In this document: positions 12,686 through 25,888 of the stretch, piece after piece | How the letters are laid out: the number at the start of each line of letters is the position of its first letter | Position numbering within the stretch: the first letter of the stretch is position 1 | Origin: Octopus sinensis | Taxonomy: Eukaryota | DNA length: 64,000 nt | Direction: 5' to 3' | NCBI RefSeq assembly: GCF_006345805.1 | Contig: NC_043014.1 | Coordinates: forward strand, 31,868,001 to 31,932,000 | Notes under the pieces: generated by a model | Databases searched by the model: none | Seen by the model: only the letters and a program-made list of their open reading frames with translations | Told to the model about the DNA's origin: nothing | Position numbers and translations under genes: made by a program

Positions 12686-13369
12686 TAGCTCTCGCTATCA
12701 TAAGCACAAGGCCTGAAATTTTGCATGGGAGGGGTTAATCAATTACCTCAATCCCAGTGCTTAACTGGTACTTATTTCACTGACCCTGTAGAAATGAAAG
12801 GCAAAGTTGGCCTTGGCAGAATTTGAACTCAGAACAACATAAAGATGGATGAATTGCCACTAAGCATTTTGTCAGACATGCTAACAATTCTGCCAGCGTA
12901 AAGCCTTACTCCTAGATACATAATACCTGCAAATAAAAAAGATGCAGGGTTAGTCACAGCTGGAAAGCCTTTGATTTAATTTTTTAAAAGAACTATCTAC
13001 TTTAAATTAGTTTGTCAGTGGCTGAGTAGTCCTCAGACATTTGTTTCTTTAACATAATTCTCAGGCTGCTTCAGTGTGACACAGTGCATGATAATGGATC
13101 TTTATTATTACTGGTACAGTGGGCTTCATTACAGTTTCTGATTACCCAACTTTACTTAGAAAGCTTCAGGTAACCTAAAAATCATCTGAGTGGAAAGCTA
13201 ACATCTTAATCACAGAGCTATGCCTACTTCTAATGTTTCAATAATAGTGATCCTACCACTACCATTTCTAGCCTTCCAGCTTGTCCTACTCACCCTTATA
13301 TAATGTTGGGTAGCTTTGTATCTCTATGGCAACACACCTGGGTTCGTCTTTTTCCATTTATTACTCTCT

Positions 13370-13792
13370 CTTTTTTACTCTTTCACTTGTTTTAGTCATT
13401 TGACTGCGGCCATGCTGGAGCACTGCCTTTAGTCGAGCAAATCAACCTCAGGACTTATTCTTTGTAAGCCTAGTACTTATTCTATTGGTCTCTTTTGCCG
13501 AACCGCTAAGTTAAGGGAACGTAAACACACCAGCATCGGTTGTCAAGTGATGTTGGGGGGGGGACAAACACAGACACACAAACATATACGCACACATACA
13601 TATATATAAATATATATACATATATACGACGGGCTTCTTTCAGTTTCTGTCTACCAAATCCACTCACAAGGCTTTGGTCGGCCCGAGGCTATAGTAGAAG
13701 ATACTTGCCCAAAGTGCCATGCAGTGGGACTGAACCCGGAACCATGGGGTTGGTAAGTAAGTTACTTACCACACAGCCACTCCTACTCCTAT
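13370..13792 (-). mobile_element. SINE S1 copy, full length
   Basis: Near-complete reverse complement of 2695-3113. Confidence 0.9.
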
Positions 13793-15153
13793 ATTGAAAA
13801 ATAATTATGAATGACAGCATCTATTTTAACAAAAAGGCAATCTTTATACCCAATTTAATGTGGCTGTCTTGTAAGAAAGCTGAATACTGGGACATTAGCA
13901 TTATGAGGTCCTCTCATAGAGATGCATGGTGCATAAAAGCACAGACATATATCATAGCAGACGAGAATCATCCATTAGAGGCACCAAAATCTACAAATCA
14001 AGTGATTCAAGTCTGCTGGACTTCTTCCGTAATAAAAAAAAACATGTTAATATAGGTGCTTCTACAAGTATCAGTATGCTAGGGGTCAAACACTGACACA
14101 AACACACACACACTTGTATATACATATACGATGGGCTTCTGTCAGTTTCTGTCTATCAAATCCACAAGGCCTTGGTTGGCCCGAGGCTATAGTAGAAGAC
14201 ACTTGCCCAGGGTGCCACACAGTGGGACTGAACCCAGAACCATGTGGTTTGTAAGCAAGCAACTCACCACACAGCCACTCCTGCACCTATTGCAAGTTAT
14301 TTGGCAACTTCACTAAAATGCACCCAGTACACGCTTGGCATTAGGAAGGGCATCCATAGAAACCATGGAGCTTGGTGTGGCCCTGTGGCTTGCCATATTC
14401 TATGAAACCAACCAGCTTATGCCAGCATGGAAACAGATGTTAATTTTTGTTAGTGTTGATGGTGGTGATGATGATGATGATGATGACAATGATGATGCTG
14501 TGCAGAAATTATCAAGACATTTACAGTATACACCCACCATCACCATCCTTACCACCATCACCATCCTTACCACCACCACCACCACCACCACCACCACTGC
14601 CACTGTTGCCTCTACCTGTACTATAACTTGCACCATGACGACCACCACCACCACAACCACCACCACCACTGCTAATGCTGCCATCACCGCCACCACCACC
14701 ATCACCACCACGACCACTGCCACCACTGCTGCCTCAACCTGTACCACCACCTGCACTACCACCACCACCATCACCACCATCGCCATTATTCTACTATTAA
14801 CGCTTTATTTCATTACTTTTTTACATTCTAATTTTGCCTTTTATTTCATTATTTATCTATTTATTTATATATTTATTTATATCACTAACTCCAGTTTTTC
14901 AGAAATAGAATCATTACTTCCTTATTCTTCCTAGCTGTTTCCAGATTTGTCTTTTATTTGGAAGTTCACAGAATATTCTTATTCTAATTCCAATTTTGAT
15001 TTTAATTTTAGAAATTCAATTTAATATTCTATGATTTATTTTAAAGAATTTAATGGAATAACCAGGATTATTTATGTTGGCTGTTTATTTTATTTTGTTA
15101 AATCAATGATTATTGTTCTCACTGTCATCATCATCATCATCATCGTGGTCATT

Positions 15154-15205
<52 letters not shown>

Positions 15206-15869
15206 CCACCATCATTATTGTCATTGCCATCACCAGCGTTATCATAATCATTAAGCATCATCCTTAACCTCCTCCTCTCCTCCCTCCCCTCCTCCCTCCC
15301 CTCCTCCACCCTCTTCCTCTCCTCCTCCTCCTCATCTTCATTCTCCACACCACAACCACCACATCACCACCTCCACCACCGTCATCGTTGCTGTCGTCGT
15401 CGTCATCATCGTCATCATCACCACTGACCACTTCATCATTGTAGTCACCATTGTGTTTATCATCATTTGGGGATCACTTTTGTCTGTAAGGGCCAACATC
15501 ATCAAGCCAAATCTAACCCTTATCTTTCAAAACCCTTTCAAATTTATTTATTGTGGCATCCATGTAATGGTTCTTGATCTCCTAGAAAAAATAGCTGAAT
15601 TGCCTTCAAGTCACACCTTTCTATCTTAAAAAAGAACATATTAAAAAAAAAGGGGTCTAAGATATATGATGATTTGATTAGCTCTTCCAAATAAACCATC
15701 ATCAACAGTGAGCTATGAGTGTATCTCTATGTTAGTTGTTCCCATACATTTTTGACTGCTGCTCCTTTGGCACCCAGACTACATTCCTAGCATCCCACCA
15801 CACCCCACCAGAAACATAGGCCTCTTTCAACTGTGGCCTTAAAATTACTGTTTATATCACAAATAAAAC

Positions 15870-16300
15870 TTTACCTAGTTAACCCATTATGTAATATCTT
15901 GGCAGTTAACCACTGATGCAGGTAGTTTATTCCATGCTTCAGCAATTCTGAGTGTGAAAAAATGTTTCTGCAAGCCATGAGTGCCGTGCTGGTTTTTGAT
16001 TTTGTAAGCATGTCTATGAGTGTTTGACATACAGAATTCAAAAAGGTGCTCAAGGTTGTTGTTGGAAAGGTGGTGGATAATCTTGTGGGTGTCTGCCGAG
16101 TTAGTTGCCAAACATCGGAGCTTTAATGAGTCCATGCTCAGGGAAGCAAGACATTTAAAGTAGGGTAGATCTCTGACGGCCAGTATTCGTTTAGTTGCAT
16201 GTCTCTGAATATTTTCCAGGAGATTGAGATGCTGAGCAAGATAGGTGCTCCAGACTGGTGATGCAAACTATAAATGTAGATGTACCGTAGTCATATACAT
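15870..16300 (-). mobile_element. CR1/L2-group LINE 3' RT fragment (decayed)
   Basis: SPVWSTYLAQHLNLLENIQRHATKRI ... SLKLRCLA...THKII ... KHFFTLRIAEAWNKLP, typical of CR1-type ORF2 C-termini. Confidence 0.75.
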
Positions 16301-16399
16301 TATGAAAGTGCAGGGTAGCAATCAGAAATGTCCTTTGGCAATCAAAAATCCTGATATATTTATTTTCAATTTTGACCTCTGTTCAATGTCATTTTAAAG

Positions 16400-16930
16400 T
16401 GAAACCAGTTCTTCCTCCACTATCCTTGTTACCTCATTACTGATATCTAGGTATCATGCAGACTGATATTTTAATGAAAAATAAATGTCCTGAAATCTGT
16501 CAGACATGTCTTTGTGCAGCTCATCCAAGTGTGAACAATATACATGAATAACACCATCAGGTATGCAATTTCCATCTCTAATTCAGAAAGGCTTAGAAAT
16601 GAAAGAACCAATGATGGCTTATGTTGCATTTGAATAACTTTAACTTGGGCAGAAACATGGAGAAGGCTAGTTTTACTTTGATAAGGTTTCACCTCATTTC
16701 CTTGCTGTTGCAAATTAACTTCATTGAACTGTGTGAATATATCTGCCATATAAGCAATGTCATGTTTGATGTTTCTTAGTTCATCACAAAGAACAGAATA
16801 AGACTCTTGCATGAATTCAACAACTGTTTTTGAAAGAGAAATAGAAACTTTCAAGCTGTTTCTCTTTGACAACCATTGAATTTCTGTGTGCAACAACAGA
16901 AGTTCAAAATCTTTATCATTCTCAGTACAG
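16400..16930 (-). pseudogene. hAT (Buster/Charlie-type) transposase fragment
   Basis: LLLHTEIQWLSK and IAYMADIFTQFNEVNLQQQG match the Buster-type motifs LLxHTEVRWLSRG and LAYLxDIFxxLNxLNLxLQG; frameshifted. Confidence 0.8.
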
Positions 16931-17129
16931 GGCTGTTGAGACAGTGTTGTAGAAAACAACTGGATCTTCCTCAAATCATATGAATGATTTTAAAAAGATT
17001 GATCTCCTTTGATAAACCACTAAGTGGAATTATTAACAAACTAACATGAGTTGTCAAGGAGTGGTGGACAAACGCACACATATACCAACACACACACACA
17101 CATATATACACACACACCTTTGCATTCAC

Positions 17130-18031
17130 ACATATGAAAGTGGAATCTTGCAATGCTATTTTATTCATTTAGTTTTACATGCTTACACTTTTATTGCCTT
17201 CAAAATATTCTTCATTTGAAGCAATGCATCAGTCCAGACACGTTTTCTGCTGTTTGAAGCAATGCTGGAACTCTTGCAAGGCGAAGCCTTTTAAAGCCTC
17301 CATCATATTTTTCTTCACCTCTTCAACATTTGTAAATTCCACAGAACCAGCTTTCGTCACCAGTGATGACATTACAATAGAAAGGTCCAAACGAACTCCT
17401 GGCTGTTCTTTCGGTTCATGACAAGTATTCAGTTTTGACTGCTTTTGATCTTCCGTGAGCAAATGAGGCACAAATTTTTCTACAATTCTTTTCATTTGCA
17501 ATTCTTCACTCAAAATTCGTTGACAGGATCTCCAGGACACACCAGTCATATCACCAAGTTCATCAATTGTTTAATGATAATCCTCCAAGATCAGTTCATA
17601 AATTTTCCTGATGCTTTCATTTGTTCGTGAGGTCAATGGTTGCCCTGAATGAGGTTGGTCTTCAAGTGACAAGTGACCATTCTTGAAGTTTGAAAACCAC
17701 TCGTAAACTTGTGTTTTGCTCATAGCAGCATCCTTGTAAGCTGTTTGAAGTATGACAGCTGTTTTGACTGCTGTTTTCCTCAACAGAAAACAGAATTTCA
17801 TGGAAGCCCACTGTTCATTTGTTTCAGCCATTGCAAAAATCAATGAACAAGGGAGAAGCACTGCAAAATATAGATGCACTACTTGGCAGTATATTTTTGC
17901 CCAATGCCGCTGGTCAACAGACTGATGCCTGAGGATCGCATCAAGTACCTTCTAATAGTGGAAGCCTGAACTACAATGGGCTTGTCTCACAGAGAATGTT
18001 TCCAGTTACTTTTGGGTATCCCCACCACCGT
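17130..18031 (-). mobile_element. Decayed mariner transposon
   Basis: EQWASMKFCFLL...ILQTAYKDAAMSKTQVYEWFSNFKNG..SLEDQPHSGQP and ILSEELQMKRIVEKFVPHLLTEDQK match mariner HTH and WVPHxL regions; internal deletion. Confidence 0.8.
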
Positions 18032-18109
18032 ACATATAAACAGTAGTTGGACACAGTTCCATAACCACAGGAGTTAGAAACAGTTCTACAACTACAGGAT
18101 GAATCTGAT

Positions 18110-18925
18110 CAAATTAAATGCTTAAATAGTCTGACTATTAATTCTGTCATGAAGGGAGACCATTGTACTGGTGGATTTCCAAGATATAGCCCCCCCCCCC
18201 CCCGATCATCACAGATCCTCCTCCATGTTTAACAGTTGGAAAGAGGCAGTCTGGGTGAAATGCTTCTTTTGGCTGTCTCCACATGTATACTTGGCTGGTG
18301 GTTGGAAATAAGGTAAAGGATGACTCATCCAAGAAAATAATATTCTTCCACTGCACTAGGGACCAATTCTGTAGATTTTTACTCCACTCTAAATGCTTTG
18401 CAATGTTTGTTTTTGAAAGTAGTGGTTTTCTGATTGCAGCCCTCCCATGAAATCTAGCTTTGTGCAGCTCCTGGCAAACAGTTTTTGTGAAAACTGGGTG
18501 CTCAAGGTGGTCCTTAAGCTCAGCATAAATTTTGAGAGCTGTACTTTCGTGATTCTTTCTAACAATTCACGTAAGAATCCAATGGTCCCTATCTGAAAGT
18601 TTTGGTTTTCTTTCAGAGTTTTGTTTTGATGAGGAGGTTGTTTTCATTATGCTAGTGCCTGCCCACAAGCAGCAACAATTTGACCTCTTTGAAAGTCTGA
18701 TATATCCGTCATTTTAATGAATTTTTATTACCTTTTTCTGATGATATCTCAACAGAAAAAGCAACTTTAGTAAAACATATTAAGCAAATAAATCAAAAAA
18801 CATAATAAATCAAAAATAATAAATCAAAAAACATAAAAATAAACAAGCTTTTGATGGTTTTATAGATATTTCAAAATTATGATGCTATGATGCTAGGTGT
18901 TTCCATCATTTTGTCCAACCCCTGT
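18110..18925 (-). mobile_element. Decayed Tc1 transposon (5' half)
   Basis: WKNIIFLDESSF...TVKHGGGSVMI; terminal TA|CAGGGGTTGGACAAAATGATGGAAACAC on the minus strand. Confidence 0.85.
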
Positions 18926-19591
18926 ATATACATACAATGGGCTTCCATATAGTTTCCATCTATGAAATTTACTCACAAGGTATTGGTTGGTCTGGGGCTG
19001 TAGTAGAAAACACTTGCTCAAGGTGCCATGTAGTGGGACTGAACCCAAAATTACATCTTTACAAAGTGAGCTTTGTAACCACACAGCAACAGCAATGCCT
19101 GCCCCTGTAAATGGACAGGTTCCTTTGGCATCAGAATTATAGTAAGTTAATTGACCTTCAAGCCAATGTGGTGAACCATCTGCAACATGGCAGGGCTGTA
19201 CATGTGTGTGCATGTGAATGTATATGTGTGTGTATATGTTTGAGTTTGAACTTGTGTGTGTGAGGTGGGGAGTTTCAGGTCGAGATGATGGTGATGGTGA
19301 TGGGGACATCGAAGGGTTATCATTGGAATTAAACAACCTTTTATTTATAGTGACTCATAACATTCTCTCTTAATCATACCATAATTGATCCTATTTCTTC
19401 TGGAACTTTCTCTACTGTCCTTCCACTCCCCATTCATCTCTACCTCCAACTTCTACTGTTCACCATTCTATCCTCTATCTCTTTCTCTCTTTCCTCATTC
19501 TCTTCTCCCTCTCTCTCTGTCAGTTCATTTCCTCCTCTCATTCTCTCTACTATTCTTTCAGTCTATCTGCCTGCCTATCTATTTGTCAACT

Positions 19592-19678
<87 letters not shown>

Positions 19679-19937
19679 GTTGTCTATCTATCTATCTATC
19701 TATCTATTTTATAAGTGATATTTTCTTACACTCTCATTCCTTTTCTCTCTCTTACATGTGCTTCCTTTCTCACACACACACTCTCTCTCTGACTCAAACT
19801 CTCATTCATATACATATCTATGTATGTATTCATACATATATGTTACATATAGACATATATACACATACATGTACACGCACACACATGCATGTATGTGCAT
19901 ATGCGTGTGTGTATGTGTGTACACACATGTATGTATG

Positions 19938-20005
<68 letters not shown>

Positions 20006-20016
20006 CATACATACAC

Positions 20017-21130
20017 ACAAGGTGCGTAAGATAATTGGGGACAGATTTATGTTTATAAAAAAATAGATATATAATAACAGATAACTTTGTTAATCAAAAA
20101 ATGCCATAAGGATAAAAATAAACCTTCTTTTCTATAATGTTATTCAATAAAGCCACCTTTAGCTTCAACAACTGCTTCTATATGAGATCTAAATCATTTA
20201 CATTCTCGAATCAAGTGGTCCTGGTTCATTTTGGACATTACTCTGACTATGGCATCTTTCAAAGAATCTTTGGTGTTATGGGCATGTTCATTAGTCTCTC
20301 TCTCAGCAACACTCCAATGGATTTAGATCTGGGGAATTAGGAGGTCAAATGTTAGGGGTTATGTGATCATGAACATTTTCAACCATTCATTCCTGTGTTA
20401 CTAGAGCTATGTGTGATAGTGCAGAGTTGTACTGAAACATATGGCCTTCCACTGCATACACTGTCTACCCAGGGCTTAACAATTATTTCCAGGACCTCAA
20501 TGTAGGTGGCAGAGTTAACTCTAAGGCCTTGTGGAAAGATGTAAGGAGGCATCACATGTCCGTCATTGCTGACAATCTCTAAAACCACGACAGTCGCAGG
20601 AAATTTTTTATGCATAACACTTGGATCTTCAGAAAGGTCGGCATATAACCATTTGTCATTTGTTCTGTTAACTTTTTGATCTTGGTTGAAGTTTTTCTCA
20701 TTTGAGAAAATCCAAATCAAATCTTCTGCTGGATTTTTCAGTTTGTTTAAGAGCCTTTTTGATCTGATGTAGTGATTTTCTTTTGCTTTTCTGACAAAAT
20801 GACTTTTCCTCATTATATCTGATGTCTTCGTGGACAACATTTCTGACTGTTCTTTCTGACACGTGGAAATCTTTTGCGATTGACCTCATAAGCTTTCTGG
20901 GATTGTAATCAATGGTCTGTTGAACTTGCTGGGTAAATTCAGGTGTTCTGATGATTTCAAAGCATTTACAATACTTATTATGCTTTGATACTAGTGACAC
21001 ATTTCCATCTTCAGTCCCTAACTCCTTACAAACTTTTTAGAGGAAAGATTTGGCACTTTTGAAAATCGAGATATTTCTAAATTGCTATGCTCAGCCTTTG
21101 TAAGCATAATAACAGCATGCCTCTTCATTT
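20017..21130 (-). mobile_element. Decayed DD37D/maT-like Tc1/mariner transposon
   Basis: WIFSNEKNFNQDQKVNRTNDKW...GHVMPPYIFPQGLRVNSATYIEVL..VKPW, and PPNSPDLNPL near 20315-20350. Confidence 0.8.
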
Positions 21131-21142
21131 CTTGAGTATATA

Positions 21143-21292
21143 TCATCATCATCATCATCATCGTTTAACGTCCGCTTTCCATGCTAGCATGGGTTGGACG
21201 GTTCAACTGGGGTCTGGGGAGCCCGAAGGCTGCACCAGGCCAGTCAGATCTGGCAGTGTTTCTACAGCTGGATGCCCTTCCTAACGCCAACC
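21143..21292 (-). mobile_element. Short retroposon 3' end with (GAT)n tail, family S5 (RTE-like tail)
   Basis: GGTTGGCGTTAGGAAGGGCATCCAGCTGTAGAAAC...GGACGTTAAACGATGATGAT; related copies near 23040, 32016, 40830, 47445 and 48323. Confidence 0.75.
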
Positions 21293-21468
21293 ATACATAC
21301 ATATATGTATGTGTGTGTGTATATATATAAATATATATGTAAAATATTATTAGAGACAAAACCACTATTTTGCAAAACAAACAAGGAAAGACTTAATCAA
21401 TACATAAAATTTTAATAAATAGTCAAAAAAACCGCCACTTCATAATTTGACACTGAATTATTGGAAGT

Positions 21469-21511
21469 CCACCTGAAGATTGTCGATCAAGACAAGAAAC
21501 GATTGTAGTGG
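21469..21511 (+). ncRNA. Type I hammerhead ribozyme motif, family A
   Basis: ccac-CTGAAGA-ttgtc-gatcaa-gacaa-GAAAC-gatt-GTA-gtgg: canonical core, stems I, II and III all pair, GUA cleavage triplet. Confidence 0.8.
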
Positions 21512-21823
21512 CGGTTTTTTTGACTATTTATTAAAATTTTATGTATTGATTAAGTCTTTCCTTGTTTGTTTTGCAAAATAGTGGTTTTGTCTCTAATAAT
21601 ATTTTATAATATTTTACTATAAAATCGATTTAATCCTAAATCTGATTTTTTTCCCTGTAAATTTGGATTTATTCCCTAATATTTATTATAATATATATGT
21701 AAAATATTATTAGAGACAAAACCACTATTTTGCAAAACAAACAAGGAAAGACTTAATCAATACATAAAATTTTAATAAATAGTCAAAAAAACCTTCATAA
21801 TTTGACACTGAATTATTGGAAGT

Positions 21824-21866
21824 CCACCTGAAGATTGTCGATCAAGACAAGAAACGATTGTAGTGG
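21824..21866 (+). ncRNA. Type I hammerhead ribozyme motif, family A (tandem copy)
   Basis: Identical to 21469-21511. Confidence 0.8.
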
Positions 21867-22519
21867 CGGTTTTTTTGACTATTTATTAAAATTTTATGTA
21901 TTGATTAAGTCTTTCCTTGTTTGTTTTGCAAAATAGTGGTTTTGTCTCTAATAATATTTTATAATATTTTACTATAAAATCGATTTAATCCTAAATCTGA
22001 TTTTTTTCCCTGTAAATTTGGATTTATTCCCTAATATTTATTATAAATATATATGTATATATATATATATATATATATGTATATGTATATACACAAACAT
22101 GGACATATATATATATGTCAATGTATCTATCCACACACACACACACACACACACAGTATTGCTTATGTGTTTACCTTATATTTCATCTTTTCTGTCAATA
22201 TTCTCCTCCCCCCTCACTACTCTCAGCCTGCCTGCCTGTTTGTCTGTCTGTCTCTCTTTCACTAAACAAATATGCAAATATACAGATGCATGCTAACATG
22301 CTGGCAACAATATGCCCACATAGACACACAAGTATACACACTTTAAAACACAGATATGTAGATGTATGAATAGATGCAAAAACATAAACACATACACACT
22401 TTTGCACGTAACTACACACACATATGCATGAATGCATTTGCACCCACCCACATGCACATAAAAATATCAATGCTTGCAAAAATGCATTTACAAATATTCA
22501 ATTGCATACACAAGTTTAC

Positions 22520-22563
<44 letters not shown>

Positions 22564-22980
22564 CCATATACAAACCCAGACATACCTTCAGAGATGCCTG
22601 AAGGAAAATGCCCAATGACAATTGACATGCACACACACACAACATACACACACATCTACACACACACATATCCACACACACACACACACACATCTACACA
22701 TACACACACACACACACACTTACACATATACATGCAGTACTAAGGAATATTCAAACGTAATATCATATGCAAACTAACTCAGAAAAACACTCACATATAC
22801 ATACATGCACAAATACAATTGCAAACATCATCCTCGTCATCATATTCACCATCATCATCCTCATCGTCGTTGTCATCACCACTACCACCATCATCATCAT
22901 CATCATTATCATCATCATCATCATCGTCATCATCATTGTTGTCATCATTATCATCATTATCATTGCTGTCGTCATTGTCG

Positions 22981-23015
<35 letters not shown>

Positions 23016-25765
23016 GTCATCATCACTATTAGCATCATCATTTAACATCTGTGTTTTTATGTTGGCATGGGTTAGACAACTTGTCAGGGTCCAACAAGCT
23101 GCAGAAGCTGTATTGAATCCTAGTGTCTGAGCTTTGGCATGGTTTCTACAGCTGGATGCCCTTCCTAATGCCAACCAGTTTACAATGTGTCCTGGATGCT
23201 TATTTTCATGATATCAGAGTTTGTGAGGACACCAAGGGACTTGCAAGACAAAATAAAGAAAGGAAAAGTAAAAGGAAAAGGCCCACTTCAACTGAGTGAG
23301 AGAGTATCTAACAGAGGGAAGAGGTGGCTTTATGCCAGGTGTTGCAAGCTAAAATAGTTTAGGGCAAGCACAGGTGTCTTACCAACAAATACACAAATGC
23401 ATAAATATAGATTTCAAATTTTGGCACAAGGCCAGCAGTTTCGGGGGAGGGTGTAAGTCAAATCACATTGGCCCCAGTGTTCAACTGGTACTTATTTTAT
23501 TAATCCTGAAAGGATGAAACGCAAAGTCGACCTGAGTGGAATTTGAACTCAGAACATAAAGACAGATGAAATGCTACTAAGCATTTTGCCTAGCATGCTA
23601 ATGGTTCTGCCAGTTCACTGCCTTACAAATACATAAATATTCATTTCAAATTTTGGCACAAGGCCAGCAGTTTTGGTACTTATTTGGTGCTTAACTGGTA
23701 CTTATTTCATCAACTCCAAAAGGATAAAAAGTAAAGTCAACTTTGGTGGAAGTTGAACTTTACTTTTCATCCTTCCAGGGTTGATACAAAATGAGTACCA
23801 GTTGAGTACTAGGGTTAATGTAATCGACATTGTTAATACAGCTTCTAACACCACAAATACCACCACAACAGGCACCACCACTGGCAACAATACAAATGAC
23901 ATAAATACCACTGTTACCACTACTACAAACACTGAAGTGAACACTATTAGTGCTACCACCACCAATATTACTACAAACACTGCAATCAACATCATTACCG
24001 ATACCTCTAACAACATCTCTATTATCCTACCAATGCCAACACCACCACTGCCATCTACACCAACACTACCACCACCACCACCACCACCACCACCACCATC
24101 ATCTATACCATCACTACCATCAACACCACCAACAATACCACCACCAACACCATTACTATCATTACCATTACCATCACTACCACCAATACCACATACCACG
24201 ACACACCACCACCACAACCACCACCACCACCACCACCACAACAACAACAACAACAACAATTATCACCAACATCACCACCATCACATCAACATCACCACCA
24301 TCACCACCATCACTAACACATACACCACCACATCCACCACCACCACCATCACCACCACCACCACCACCACTACCAGCACCACCACATACATCACAAGCAC
24401 CAGCACCAGCACCAACACTACCACCACTACCACCACTACCACCACCGCCAATACCACAAAACTAAGCATTCCCATTTCATTTGAAATATTCTTATGTGTG
24501 AAATATTAAATTCTAAGGGAGACATGTCCCCTATAATTTAGAGTGAAATGGGGACTGCAAATAAATTAATTTCTAAGGAGGATAAATGCACTATGCTGCA
24601 GATAATGATGCATACCATTGTATTGCATTGCATGTGGTGTTTACTCTGCTTGCATAAAATTAGTGTGCGTTTATGTGTATATATGTGTGTGTAAACTTGT
24701 GTTCCTACATATGTATTTGTGTATGTATTAATTTGTATATGTGTATGTATTTGTCTGTGTGTGAGTGTGTGTGTATGTGTGCATGTGTGTGTGTGTGTTT
24801 GTGTGTGTTTGTGTGTGCACGTGGATTTGTGAGCATACATATTATTGTTTGCGTATGCATTAATTTGTATATATGAGTATTTGCACGTGTGTGTATGCGT
24901 ATGTATTTATGTAAGTATTAATTTGTATATGTAAGTGTGTGGGTGTGTGTGTGCATGTGTGTGCATATAAATGTATTTGTGTATGCATTAATTTGTGTAT
25001 GTGAGTGTATTTGCATGTGTATGTGTGTGTCTAATTTGTATAAGTTGTATATCTGTGTGTGCTCGTGTGTGTATCCCTGAGTGTATGTGTGTGCATGCTT
25101 GTGCATGAGTATCTGTATGTGTGTGTATGTGTGTTACCACCACCACCACCACTACCACCATCATCATCATCATCATCCTTTTCATTCAACATCCATGTTT
25201 CCATGCTTGCATGGGACATGGAATTTGCTGACACAGATTTCCTATGGACAGAGCCCTTCCTGTCACTAACCCTTGCCTGTTTCCAGGTAAGACTATGTTT
25301 CTCCATGGTCAGACATGTTTTTTTAACCGAGGACTGGAAATACACAATCTTGTTTGAATGTTGATGCTCATGTGTAATGTGTATGTGTGTGTTTGTAGAT
25401 GTGCATATCATCATCATCATCATCAACATCAACACCGCCACCACCACCAGCATCACCAGCAGCAGCAGCAGCAGCACCACCACCACCACCACCATCATCA
25501 TCATCATCCCCACCACTATCACCATTATCCTCCCCACCACCGCTGCCACCATCATCACACGATTCTAATATCTACTTTCTCGTGCTGCCTAAAGTGGATG
25601 GAGTTTATTGAGGAAGATTTTCTATGACCTTTCCTTTCACCAACACAAGGTAATATTTCACCATGGCCAAAGGCAGCGAGCTGGCAGAATTGTTAGCATG
25701 CCAGGCAAAATGCTTCGCAGCATTTTGTCAAATGACTGAAACAAGTAAAAAGCTAAAAGACTTCT

Positions 25766-25888
25766 TCTGACTTTTCCTTTAGACTACTTCTTCACTTTGG
25801 CTTTGCCACCAGATCCTCCTTCCTCCTTTTTCTTTGCAGCATGTTTTTCTCCCTTTCCTATATTACCATCCATCTTTTAGGGTGGCGT
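25766..25888 (-). pseudogene. RPS25: 40S ribosomal protein S25 pseudogene fragment (N-terminal 41 codons)
   Basis: TPP*KMDGNIGKGEKHAAKKKEEGGSGGKAKVKK*SKGKVR compared with the RPS25 signature MPPK...SGGKAKKKKWSKGKVR; ATG>ACG and two stops. Confidence 0.85.

Larger units (their letters stand above)
21331..22045. mobile_element. Tandem pair (period 360 bp) of hairpin elements carrying hammerhead family A; probably Penelope-derived or retrozyme-like
   Basis: Unit 1 has 99-bp inverted arms at 21341-21439 and 21507-21605 with an HHR in the loop; unit 2 (21691-22045) is nearly identical; TA-rich flanks. Confidence 0.75.

Noticed and set aside
23781-24509. 242-aa Thr/Pro/His-rich ORF
   Set aside because: Product of (CAC)/(CAA) trinucleotide tracts that lack stop codons; begins inside a SINE.
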